Notes under the pieces: generated by a model
What the model was told of the DNA's origin: nothing
The model's database searches: none
The model's input: the letters and a program-made list of their open reading frames with translations, nothing else
Program-made: the position numbers and the translations under genes
Shown here: positions 38,567 to 47,334 of the stretch, in pieces
How positions within the stretch are numbered: position 1 is the first letter of the stretch
How the letters are laid out: every line of letters starts with the position of its first letter
Assembly: GCA_029552245.1 (NCBI GenBank)
Contig: JAKPDW010000047.1
Coordinates: forward strand, 53,935 to 117,934
From: Deltaproteobacteria bacterium
GTDB taxonomy: Bacteria > Desulfobacterota > Desulfomonilia > UBA1062
Length of the DNA stretch: 64,000 nucleotides
Reading direction: 5' to 3'

Positions 38567-39374
38567 AGCGGGTACACACGCGCCGCCTGCGGCGCCGGGC
38601 ACGGACGGGGCACAACGCCGGCACCCCGGGCACCCGCTCCCGCCCTGTCGTCGAGGGTTCACCGCTGACACGCGGAGCTAACCGCATGTGCCCGCCCCTC
38701 ACGAGCGATGCCGCCGGATGACGGCGCACACCCGCCTGCAGGGACTCCCCCTGATCCACGTCCACGGGCTGAACGGCCTGCCCTGCCTCCACGCCTTACG
38801 GCCTGCAGGCAGGGCGGTCTCCCTGTCGCCTGCGCCCCTTCGACCACCCGTGGAAGCGGCCGGCCGGCGACACACGGCCTGCATGGACACGGAACGCCTC
38901 CTTGCGTGTCCCGTCGAATCTGCACGAAGGCACCTCTCAGAGGGTCTCTGGGAGGACGGGCCCACCGTCGTCCATGCGGCATCATCGAGCGCCAGGCATG
39001 CCTGGAGAACCGAGAGGGTGAACGTTGTCTGACGCACGGGACCCCCAAGCCACTACCGGCCCGGATCCTGTCGGGGGAGCCAGGGGGTCCGCCTCCCGGC
39101 ACGTGCCTCTCTTCACAAACTTCCCCCTGCATGCCACTCCCCCATGAAAACGGGTGAGCCGGGCCACACTCCTGAAGACGGTTGCCGGCCTCGTGCACGA
39201 TGACGATCCACCTGGGCACGAGTCGCAGAGGTTAGGCCGCGGCCCGAGAGAGGAAGGAGGCTTCGTTCTTTCGGGCCGGGGCGAACGCCCCTCGGCCGAC
39301 CAGGGCCCGGCGTTCATGCAGGTTGCGAGGTGAATCTCACGGGGTGAGCCGGAAGCCCGACGTACGGACGGGGT

Positions 39375-39827
39375 CTATGTCCTGCGCCTCTTCCTCACGG
39401 CCGGGGTGTCGGGGAAGATGCTGAGACCTTCCCGGTTCTCCGAGCAGATCCTCTTCCACTCCCTGACGTCCGAGACCTTGTACACAACGATGGCGAGCTC
39501 CATGGTGTTCTTGTCCGTCCGCACCACGTCGCCCCAGATCACCACGTTCTCGTCCTCGAGCACCACTTCTATGGGCCTGCCCACGACCTGCGCGGAGTTG
39601 GCGGGCGTGAGGCTCGTCCTGGCCTCCATGGGCGTAGCCACGATCTTGAGGGAGAGCCCCCCTATCGAGATATCCCTGGTCTCGGCGAGGGCCACGATGT
39701 TCTGGATCCCCTTGAGGATCTTCCCGGAGTCCCTGCTCGAGAAGGAGATCTTGAGCCTGGCGGGGATGCTTGCCCTCTTCCTCTCGTGCCTTCTTCTCTC
39801 GGCCTTCTTCTGCCCGGTAAGAGACAT
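39375..39827 (-). CDS. PilZ-domain protein (standalone c-di-GMP receptor candidate)
   Basis: RRRHERKR (RxxxR) and DISIGGLSL (DxSxGG) motifs intact. Confidence 0.75.
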   Translation of the reverse strand: MSLTGQKKAERRRHERKRASIPARLKISFSSRDSGKILKGIQNIVALAETRDISIGGLSLKIVATPMEARTSLTPANSAQVVGRPIEVVLEDENVVIWGDVVRTDKNTMELAIVVYKVSDVREWKRICSENREGLSIFPDTPAVRKRRRT

Positions 39828-40375
39828 GGTTCTCTTTTCGTCAGGAATCCGGGTTTCCTTTAGGAAAAGGCCCCTTCGATCCTGGTGTCGCACGCGGGTC
39901 ATCACCGGTCTTGAGACCCGCTTTGCCGATCACACACAAGGGGTGAGGCTCGTACGATGAACCCTTCCAGCAAGTCGCCCCATGAAGCGCGACGACCGCA
40001 TTCGACAACGTTGCGAACCATGGCATCCCCACCTCGGAATGGGCGCCCGAGAGCCCTGCCGCGTCGAACGCGCGGCAGGAGGTGACGCCCCACTGAACCC
40101 CGGGGACCTCTCACGGGCCGACAGGGCACGTGAGGGGAAGCCGGTCCTCCGGGGTGACTCGCCGAGCCTTGGGGCACCCTTCAGGGCCTGGGCATCGAGC
40201 TTTCCAGCCCTTCACCTCATGCCGGGCATGCAGGAGTGTTCGGGTATCTCTCGGGCAATGCCTGCTTTTCTTTTTCATGGATGTCATGTATAGCAACCTC
40301 TGGCCGTGCATGCTCCGTGCGCATGCCGCGTGTCCTGACGATATGCGTGTGCCATAGGTGGAGGGAGGAGACACG

Positions 40376-40717
40376 ATGACACCAGGCGATGAGACCCCGG
40401 AACGCAGAAGACACCGGAGGAAGCAGGTCCACATCACGGTCCTCCTCAAGGTGGGCGTCCTGTTGAACGGCAGGGGGGTGGCAAAGGATATAAGCCCGGG
40501 AGGAATGCGCCTGGTCTCTTCCCAGATCTTCAAGGCCACGACCACGATCCAGGCCAAGGATTACGAGGGTTCGACCATGAGGGTGATGGTCCCCACCGAG
40601 GGACTGACCGTCAACGGCGTCATCGCATGGGTGGACCTCAAGAAGGGGGAAGGGGCCTTGAAGGTCCAGTCGACTTCCGACGACGCGAAGTGGGCTGCCT
40701 TGACCTCCACCGAGTGA
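40376..40717 (+). CDS. PilZ-domain protein (standalone)
   Basis: RRRHRRK and DISPGGMRL motifs. ATG at 40376 preceded by GGAGGGAGGAG; track ORF starts at an upstream GTG. Confidence 0.75.
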   Translation: MTPGDETPERRRHRRKQVHITVLLKVGVLLNGRGVAKDISPGGMRLVSSQIFKATTTIQAKDYEGSTMRVMVPTEGLTVNGVIAWVDLKKGEGALKVQSTSDDAKWAALTSTE

Positions 40718-40813
40718 AGTCCGCCCGCCGGGTTGACGACGACCTCCCCGCCGTCTTCGTCTTCAAGACCGCCGCGAAGGGTTCCCACTCCGGCAGCCGG
40801 CGTCATGCCGCGC

Positions 40814-41533
40814 CTAGCGGGCGCAAGACTTCTCGTATTCCTCGTCCACCTTGAGGTCATCCCCACGGGCCGCCCTGCGTGCGAGCTCGTCGCAGCGTTC
40901 GTTCTCCGGCTGCCCGGCGTGCCCCCTCACCCACCTGAACGACACCTTCCTGCCTTCCAGGAGCTCCAGGAGCTCTGACCAGAGGTCAGCGTTGAGGGCC
41001 CTGTGCGCCTTGTCCCTCATCCACCCGTTCGAACGCCACTTCCTGGCCCAGCCCTTCTCCACGGCGGAGACGAGGTACTGGGAATCGGTGTAGATCGTCA
41101 CCCCGCCCTGGTCTCTCGCCGTCTCCTTCAGCGCCTGGATGCAGGCGTAGAGCTCCATGCGGTTGTTCGTCGTGAGCCGGAAGCCACCCGAGATCTCCTT
41201 GCACATACCGTCCCTGACGATGATAGCGGCCCACCCGCCGGGCCCAGGGTTTTCGATGCACCCGCCGTCGGTGAAGACGACCACGCCCCCCTTTTCTGCA
41301 TGCGCATCGACAAGGACCCGGCCAGCCTTGTGCTTTGGCCTGCTCGACGACGATCGACCCCCCGGCGACGAGAGGAATCTCCTCGCCTCCTCGAGGGTGT
41401 CGAACCCCTTGTAGAGGGCGTCTTTGTACCCTTCCACCTGCACGAGCGCGCCAGTGGGCCCGTACCACTGGGTGTATATCCCGGGGGTCCTGCCCCTCAG
41501 CACGGCATAGTATCGCTTCTTCTTCTTTGTCAC
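40814..41533 (-). CDS. rnhA: Ribonuclease HI with N-terminal hybrid-binding (HBD) domain
   Basis: HBD (KRYYAVLRGRTPGIYTQWYGPTGALVQVEGYKDALYKGFDTLEEARRFL), then RNase H core (FTDGGC, E, D in YTDSQY, and D near the C-terminus). Probable GTG start; track ORF's N-terminal extension has no ATG. Confidence 0.85.
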   Translation of the reverse strand: MTKKKKRYYAVLRGRTPGIYTQWYGPTGALVQVEGYKDALYKGFDTLEEARRFLSSPGGRSSSSRPKHKAGRVLVDAHAEKGGVVVFTDGGCIENPGPGGWAAIIVRDGMCKEISGGFRLTTNNRMELYACIQALKETARDQGGVTIYTDSQYLVSAVEKGWARKWRSNGWMRDKAHRALNADLWSELLELLEGRKVSFRWVRGHAGQPENERCDELARRAARGDDLKVDEEYEKSCAR

Positions 41534-41592
41534 CGTGGCATCCTCGACGCCTCCCGAGCGTTCTCGTCGCGCGGCCGCGCGGGAAGACCGGG

Positions 41593-42399
41593 TCACGACC
41601 TCAAGCGCATCTTCTCGAGCAACTCCAGGGCGCCCTTGTGTCCCGAGGACGCCGCCTTCTGGAACCACTCGAGAGAGGCGGCCCTGTCCTTGACGGTCCC
41701 TTCCCCCCTGCCGTACATGAACCCCAGGCTGTACTGGGCGTCCGCGTCCCCCTGCTGTGCAGAGAGGAGGAACCACTTGAGCGCCTTCTCGAAGTCCTTT
41801 TCCACGCCCTCGCCGTGATAGTACATGACGCCCACGTTGTACTGGGCGTTTGCATCCCCGGCCTCGGCCTTGGCGAGGTACTTCTCGAACAGTTCCCTCT
41901 TGTCTCGGTCATGGGGTTGCCCTTCCTCTCCGCGACCGACCGTCAAGGCGCCCTCTTCGGCGAGGTCGTCGACCCGGGCGGCTTCTGGACCTGCCCCGAA
42001 TGCATCCCACCGCCCTGATTCGAGGATCACGCGGGAGCGTTCGTGCCCCAGCGATGCCGCCCTCGAGTACCAGGCAAAGGCCTCCCTGTCGTTCTTGAGC
42101 ACGCCGTGACCCTTTTCGTACATGGTCGCCAGGATGAACTGGGCCTCTGCATGGTCCTGGGATGCCGCCTTCGAGAACCACGCCGCCGCCTCCCTGTCGT
42201 CCCTGGGTACTGCGGTCCCCTCGTAGTAGATCTGGCCAAGCCTGAACTGGGCGTATGCGTCGCCCTTGTCCGCGAGTTCCCTGAGGCTGGAGATCTCCCC
42301 CGTGTCGATCTTTTCCGACCTGCGGTTGAGGAACCAGAAGGCGAGCAGGAACACGGCGAACACAACGAGCGCGATGAGAAGGTTGAGGGACATGTCCAT
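41593..42399 (-). CDS. Sel1-repeat (SLR/TPR-like) protein with N-terminal TM anchor
   Basis: N-terminal TM, then at least five Sel1 repeats (AQFRLGQIYYEG..; AQFILATMYEKG..; AQYNVGVMYYHGEG..; AQYSLGFMYGRGEG..). Confidence 0.8.
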   Translation of the reverse strand: MDMSLNLLIALVVFAVFLLAFWFLNRRSEKIDTGEISSLRELADKGDAYAQFRLGQIYYEGTAVPRDDREAAAWFSKAASQDHAEAQFILATMYEKGHGVLKNDREAFAWYSRAASLGHERSRVILESGRWDAFGAGPEAARVDDLAEEGALTVGRGEEGQPHDRDKRELFEKYLAKAEAGDANAQYNVGVMYYHGEGVEKDFEKALKWFLLSAQQGDADAQYSLGFMYGRGEGTVKDRAASLEWFQKAASSGHKGALELLEKMRLRS

Positions 42400-42528
42400 G
42401 GGATCGTGCTATGCCATTTTCACCGCGAAATCAACCACACCCTGCCCACGCGAGGCTGCAAAGGGCGCACGTGGGGCGCCCGTCTCTCTCCGCGCACGGC
42501 ATTCATCGGCCGCATGGGAACACGGGCT

Positions 42529-42978
42529 TCAGATACGGTCTATGATGCCCGCAAGTTCGCTGTCCGACAGCAGCCTCTTTGCGAACTTGATGTACTTCAT
42601 CACGATGGAGCGGATGGCGAGCTGAAGGGCGTACGGCCTTACGGGTTTCTCGAGGAGGTGGCTCACGCCGGTGGCCACGCACATGTCGACCACGTCATCG
42701 CTGGCCATGCCCGAGATCATCACGGTGTCCATGGCCGCGTTGGGATACTTCTCGCTGATCGAGTCCAGGAAGGCGAACCCGTTGGACTGGCCCACGAAGA
42801 CGTCCAGCACGAAAACCATCAGCCCCTTGTCCCTCCCGAGGCAGTACTCGGTGGCCGCGGCGTAGTCCTGGAACGTGACGATCTCCCCCCAAGTGTAGAA
42901 CTTGCCGATGGTCTCCGCGAGCACCCCGCACACGTGGTATTCGTCGTCCACGATGACGACATCGAGTCCGTCAGACAT
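42529..42978 (-). CDS. Single-domain response regulator (CheY-like receiver)
   Basis: Acidic pocket (VVIVDDE), phospho-acceptor Asp (VFVLDVFV) and conserved K (HLLEKP). Confidence 0.75.
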   Translation of the reverse strand: MSDGLDVVIVDDEYHVCGVLAETIGKFYTWGEIVTFQDYAAATEYCLGRDKGLMVFVLDVFVGQSNGFAFLDSISEKYPNAAMDTVMISGMASDDVVDMCVATGVSHLLEKPVRPYALQLAIRSIVMKYIKFAKRLLSDSELAGIIDRI

Positions 42979-43130
42979 CCTTTCCCCCCGGGATCGGTCT
43001 ATGAGCAATGACTTTGCGACATGAGAATCTCAAGCCGACAACGTTATATCCCAAGACAAGCACTCTTACAATCGTTTGCTGGGCTCGGTCCCTCAATCGG
43101 GCTGGACGGGACGCAACCCGCCCTCCCCGT

Positions 43131-43277
43131 GCGCCCCTCGTGCACGGGCTGCCTGGGGTTTTGGGGATACTGACCGGGGGCTCCGTGGATCGTGTGCCCC
43201 TCGTGTACGGGCCGCCCGTTGAACTGCGCCGCCCTGAAGTCGTTGCCGTCAGCGTGAGCCTATCGTGTACGGGCGAC
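43131..43277. repeat. Array A: three copies of CCCCTCGTG[C/T]ACGGGC (16-bp core) with 62-63-bp period
   Basis: Cores at 43134-43149, 43197-43212 and 43259-43274; intervening 46-47 bp are unrelated. Between the response regulator and EcfT. Confidence 0.5.
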
Positions 43278-43441
43278 CCCTTGAGGGTCGTGGGCGCGGC
43301 CCCAGGTGCGACACGGCCGGGAAAGCCCGGCGGACGGGCATCCCGACAATAGCGGGAATCGGCCGGTAGCCGGCCGACAAAAGGGGCGGCGCTTTCCGAC
43401 AGGCTCCCGCGACCTCTCCCACGTCCCGGCGGAGGCAAGGT

Positions 43442-44218
43442 TCAGACCGCCAGGAGGAACCCGTACCACAGGCACACGAGCGCCGTGCACACACCGTCTT
43501 TCAGGCTCACCCTGGGCTCTCTCATCCTGCTCCGCACGATGCCTGGCCTGTACCCCCTCAGGGTCAGCGCGACCGCGAGATCCTCGGCGCGCCTGAAGGC
43601 GCCGTGCATGAGCGGAACCACGACGCTGACCATGGCCCTGGTCCTCCTGAAGACGTTCCCCGACTCGAGGTCCACGCCCCGCGCCTTCTGGGCGCGCGTG
43701 ATCCTGTCGGCCTCCTCGAAGAGCAGGGGGATGAACCTGATGGCGAGCATGACCGCGAGCGCTATCTCCTCGGTGGGGACGTTCAGGTACTTGAGAGGCC
43801 TCATGAACCACTGCATGGCCCACACCATGTCGAGGGATGACGTGGTCAGCGTGGTGAGCGTGGACACCCACAGGGCCAGCACGAGCTGCGCACCCACCCT
43901 GATCCCGCCCTCGAGCCCCTGCCTCGTGGCAAAGGGCACGAGGGGCAGGGGGTCTCCGCCCGTCATGAAGACGTGAAGCAGGGCCGTGGCCGCAAACAGC
44001 CAGATGAACGGCTTCAGGCCCCTGTACAGGTCGCCGAACGATATCTTCGAGATGAACGTGCAGAACACGAGACCCAGGGCGAACAGGACGAGCGTGCCCG
44101 CCCTGTCCAGCCTGAAGGAGACCCCTATGCTCAGGCCCATGACGACGAGCTTGACGCGAGCGTCGAGCGCGTGCACGAGAGAGTCCCGCGGAAGGTACTG
44201 TCCCAGGGTCGTCTTCAT
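43442..44218 (-). CDS. ecfT: Energy-coupling-factor transporter transmembrane (T) component, EcfT/CbiQ family
   Basis: CbiQ-family TM topology and C-terminal Arg-containing coupling helices (ALTLRGY). No adjacent ecfA genes. Confidence 0.8.
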   Translation of the reverse strand: MKTTLGQYLPRDSLVHALDARVKLVVMGLSIGVSFRLDRAGTLVLFALGLVFCTFISKISFGDLYRGLKPFIWLFAATALLHVFMTGGDPLPLVPFATRQGLEGGIRVGAQLVLALWVSTLTTLTTSSLDMVWAMQWFMRPLKYLNVPTEEIALAVMLAIRFIPLLFEEADRITRAQKARGVDLESGNVFRRTRAMVSVVVPLMHGAFRRAEDLAVALTLRGYRPGIVRSRMREPRVSLKDGVCTALVCLWYGFLLAV

Positions 44219-44237
44219 CGCCTTGTTCGCACGTTCT

Positions 44238-45263
44238 TCAGTCCCTCTTGGCGGACCTCCCGGCAAGCGCCAGCTCCGCTATCTGCACGGCGTTGACGGC
44301 CGAACCCTTGCGGACGTTGTCGCAGGCGGTGAAGAACGCCACGCCGTGGTCGAACGCATCGTCCCTCCTGATTCTCCCCACCAGGCACTCGTCCAGGCCG
44401 AGCGCGTCGACCTGCGTGGGATACACGTCCTGCCCCGGGTCATCGCGAAGCTCGAGGCCCTGCTGATGAGCGAGGACCTTCTTCAAGGTCTGAGGATCCA
44501 TCTCCCCATCGGTCTCCACCACCACGCTGGCCGCGTGGGCGTAGAACACCGGCACCTGCATGCAGGTCACGCTCAGGGACATGGTATCCGCCTTGAGGAT
44601 CTTGCGGATTTCCGCCTCGATCGCCCTCTCCTCGAGGGTATGCCTGTCCTCGGCGAAACCCCCCACCACGGGGATGAGGTTGAACGCGATCTGGTGCGGA
44701 AAGACCCGCGAACTCGTATCCTTGAAGGTGAAGAGGTCCCTGATCTGGGAGGTGAGCTCGTCCATGGCCGATTCGCCGGACTCGGACAACGGGTGGAAGG
44801 ACGTGATCACAGCGCGCTTGACCCGCGTCACGCGGTGGATGGGCGCCAGGACCATGGCCAGTTCCACCGCGGCGGGCCTGGGGGAGGCGATGACCCCCTT
44901 GTGGAACTGGATGTCCTGGCAGTTCAGCTCGGGGATCACGAGCGGGACGTCGTTCTTGAGGGCACAGTGGCCGCCGAGGTCAACGACGAGGCATCCCGAC
45001 GTGCGCGCCCGCTCGATGAGCTCTGTCCCCATGGGCGTCCTCGCCGCCACGAACGCCAGGTCGACCCCGTCGAACCCAAAGCCCTCCGCAGGGGTCATGG
45101 CGACGGATTCGCCCCTGAACTCCACCGCAGACCCCGCGTACCTGCGGCCGGCCAGCGCGACGAGGCGCCCCACGGGGAAGTCCCGCTCGGCCAGCACGTG
45201 CAGGATCTCCTTCCCCACGGGCGTCGCCGGTTCGACAACCGCCACGGTCAAGCCGTCTGACAT
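44238..45263 (-). CDS. Aspartate-semialdehyde dehydrogenase / USG-1 family homolog with degenerate active site (probable pseudoenzyme)
   Basis: Collinear with Asd/USG-1 along its length (PLVIPELN; HQIAFNLIPVVGGF; VPVFYAHAASV; GRIRRD; NVRKGSAVNAVQIAELA). NADP motif GATGAVG reads EPATPVG. Nucleophile region NPNCSTIQ reads SPRPAAVE (no Cys). The SSAFR arginine is Lys here. Confidence 0.8.
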   Translation of the reverse strand: MSDGLTVAVVEPATPVGKEILHVLAERDFPVGRLVALAGRRYAGSAVEFRGESVAMTPAEGFGFDGVDLAFVAARTPMGTELIERARTSGCLVVDLGGHCALKNDVPLVIPELNCQDIQFHKGVIASPRPAAVELAMVLAPIHRVTRVKRAVITSFHPLSESGESAMDELTSQIRDLFTFKDTSSRVFPHQIAFNLIPVVGGFAEDRHTLEERAIEAEIRKILKADTMSLSVTCMQVPVFYAHAASVVVETDGEMDPQTLKKVLAHQQGLELRDDPGQDVYPTQVDALGLDECLVGRIRRDDAFDHGVAFFTACDNVRKGSAVNAVQIAELALAGRSAKRD

Positions 45264-45698
45264 GGTCTCGATCACCTCCGTCGGTGAGTCGTATGTAGCA
45301 GAAAACGTCACCTTCAACCACAGGAAAGGATGCGGCGCGGCCATGCCGCCCGGCACGCGACAGGCGATGCCTCCGGAAAGACCCGAAACTGAATGGCCGA
45401 TGCATGCAGGGGGTTGTGGGGCAGGGTTCACGAGGCGCATCCCCGGAGTGCAAGGCTCATCCCGCCCGCCCCTCGCATCGCGCTCAGGGCGCGCTCCCGG
45501 TCGACCCCCGCAGCCGACGGCCCCGCCTCGTGCACCCCGACCTTGGGCCTCCTGTGCTTCTTGAGTGCCGCTCGAGACCGGCCGAGGGCTCGAGAAACAC
45601 CCCGACCTCGGCCGGTGAGGCGTCCCTGGGGTCGGTGGCCCCCTGTCCCAGGACCTCCACGGCCCGGTCCCTCAACGAGGGTGCGAAGGTCGGGCCGG

Positions 45699-45904
45699 CC
45701 CCCATGCGTGAGGCATATCCGACGGTTCATGGAAGATATCCATGGGTAAGAAACAGCCTACCCCCATGCGTAAGGCATATCCCTCTCTTGTGGGCGAAGA
45801 GGTCGGCCTCGAGGCAGCCTACCCCCTTGCGTGGGGCATACCCTATGGCAGGCGAAAGGGGGGAGGCGCGGCCTTCTGTCGGCCCCCTTGCGTGAGGCAT
45901 ATCT
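45699..45904. repeat. Array B: four evenly spaced 22-bp direct repeats CCCCC[A/T]TGCGT[G/A][A/G]GGCATA[T/C]C[C/T] (61-62-bp period) plus a degenerate fifth copy
   Basis: Copies at 45699-45720, 45761-45782, 45822-45843 and 45883-45904, with a partial copy near 45933. Spacers are 39-40 bp. Reads CRISPR-like, but repeats are short and imperfect, spacers 2 and 3 share weak similarity, and no cas genes occur in the 64 kb. Confidence 0.6.
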
Positions 45905-46200
45905 CCCCAGGGGAAGGCCTTCCCGAAACAGGCCCATGCGCTGTCCCCCTCTTACGTTCACGCGCAACCTTTTGACCCCACGAGGAAAACCCTCGGCCCC
46001 AAGCCCCCTCTCCCCCCGAACGGCTCTTCCCTGTCCTCCCACCTTTTGATGCTATATCCATTTATTTTCCGTATGCCGCTCAGCCCCCTTGCATGCCTGC
46101 CGGCCGCACCCGGGCGGGGCTTCACTCTCCTCTTCCATTCCGTCACGCTCTGTACTAGTCTGTAGGGAACTCGGTCCTGAAAACCGCGATTGAGGTTCCC

Positions 46201-46812
46201 ATGCGAAACCCCCTCCACCAGGGCAGAATGGACGGCATGTGCGGCATCTACGCCGTGATGAACGGCGTGTCGGTGCTCGTGCAGAACCGCCTGTCCACCT
46301 CGGACCTGTCGGATCTCTTCAAGGAGCTGGTTTCCGCCCTCTACCGCCGCAACCACTCGAGGAGACCGCGCAAGTCCCTGCCCATCGAGTTCATCTGGGA
46401 GGGGACGAACGTGCACGAGATCTCGCTCTTGCTGCGTACGAGCAAGGCCTTCCTCGCACTCTACGACCTCGAGCTCGTCTGGTCCCGGCCGCTCCAGGGC
46501 AGGTCGAGGCCCTCCACGGTCGGACAGTACTGGGCGAGGCTCAAGAAGTGCTTCGATGACTGCGAGGGAAGGTGCGTCGCGATCCTGGACTACAACTTCG
46601 ACGGCGATGAGGGCGAGGAGGGCCACTGGACCTGCGTGGAAAAGATGACCGAGAGGACCATGAGGCTGCTCGACTCCTCCTTGAGCATCCACAGCCCGAG
46701 GGGCGTCATCAGGAGAAGCGCCTGCACCCTGGGCGAGAAGACCCCGCGGAGACCCTACCGCCTCTTCCCTCACAACGTCTACCTGGTCAGGTTGCGCCAG
46801 GGTGACGAGTGA
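46201..46812 (+). CDS. Hypothetical protein with possible papain-like (C39-like) Cys...His signature
   Basis: GMCGIYAVMNGV resembles the catalytic-Cys region of C39-type peptidases; a later EGHWTCV could supply His. Weak assignment. Preceded by a lower-GC spacer and array B. Confidence 0.4.
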   Translation: MRNPLHQGRMDGMCGIYAVMNGVSVLVQNRLSTSDLSDLFKELVSALYRRNHSRRPRKSLPIEFIWEGTNVHEISLLLRTSKAFLALYDLELVWSRPLQGRSRPSTVGQYWARLKKCFDDCEGRCVAILDYNFDGDEGEEGHWTCVEKMTERTMRLLDSSLSIHSPRGVIRRSACTLGEKTPRRPYRLFPHNVYLVRLRQGDE

Positions 46813-46839
46813 GCGGGGGGTGCGGGGATCCCCGGGGTA

Positions 46840-47334
46840 TCAGATCCCGCCCCGCTTCCTGATGTGCTCCATGAGCCCGCCGTCGGCGATGAGCTCCTGC
46901 ATGAAAGCCGGGATGGGCCTCGCCTCGAAGCTCTTCTTCGCGCTCAGGTTCGTGATGAGACCGGTGTCCGCGTCCACCTCGAGGATATCACCCTCCTTCA
47001 CGCCCCTGACCGCCTCGTCGCACTCGAATATGGGCAGGCCCATGTTGAAGCTGTTCCGGAAGAAGATCCGGGCGAAGCTCGACGCGATCACGCAGCTCAC
47101 CCCGGAGGCCTTGATCGCTATCGGCGCGTGCTCGCGGGAGGACCCGCAGCCGAAATTCTTGCCCGCCACGATGATATCTCCCGGGCTCACCCTGCGGGCG
47201 AACGTCGGGTCGGCATCCTCCATGCAGTGCCCGGCGAGTTCCCGCGGGTCCGACGTGTTGAGGTACCGCGCCGGGATGATGGCATCCGTGTCCACGTCGT
47301 CGCCGAATACGAACGCCCTTCCCTTGAACTTCAT
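46840..47334 (-). CDS. leuD: 3-isopropylmalate dehydratase small subunit (short archaeal-type LeuD)
   Basis: 164 aa; [25 protein letters not shown]... Track ORF 46840..48219 is a fused artefact extending upstream. Confidence 0.9.
   Translation of the reverse strand: MKFKGRAFVFGDDVDTDAIIPARYLNTSDPRELAGHCMEDADPTFARRVSPGDIIVAGKNFGCGSSREHAPIAIKASGVSCVIASSFARIFFRNSFNMGLPIFECDEAVRGVKEGDILEVDADTGLITNLSAKKSFEARPIPAFMQELIADGGLMEHIRKRGGI

Noticed and set aside
44238-45263. Annotating the Asd-like gene as functional aspartate-semialdehyde dehydrogenase (asd)
   Set aside because: It lacks the nucleophile Cys, the GxxGxxG loop and the substrate Arg, so I did not assign the asd symbol.
45699-45904. Calling array B a bona fide CRISPR array
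   Set aside because: The repeats are short (22 bp) and mismatched, the spacers are not fully unrelated, and no cas genes are in view. Analogous arrays elsewhere in the window use different repeat sequences. Kept as a repeat/iteron array with the CRISPR possibility flagged for checking.
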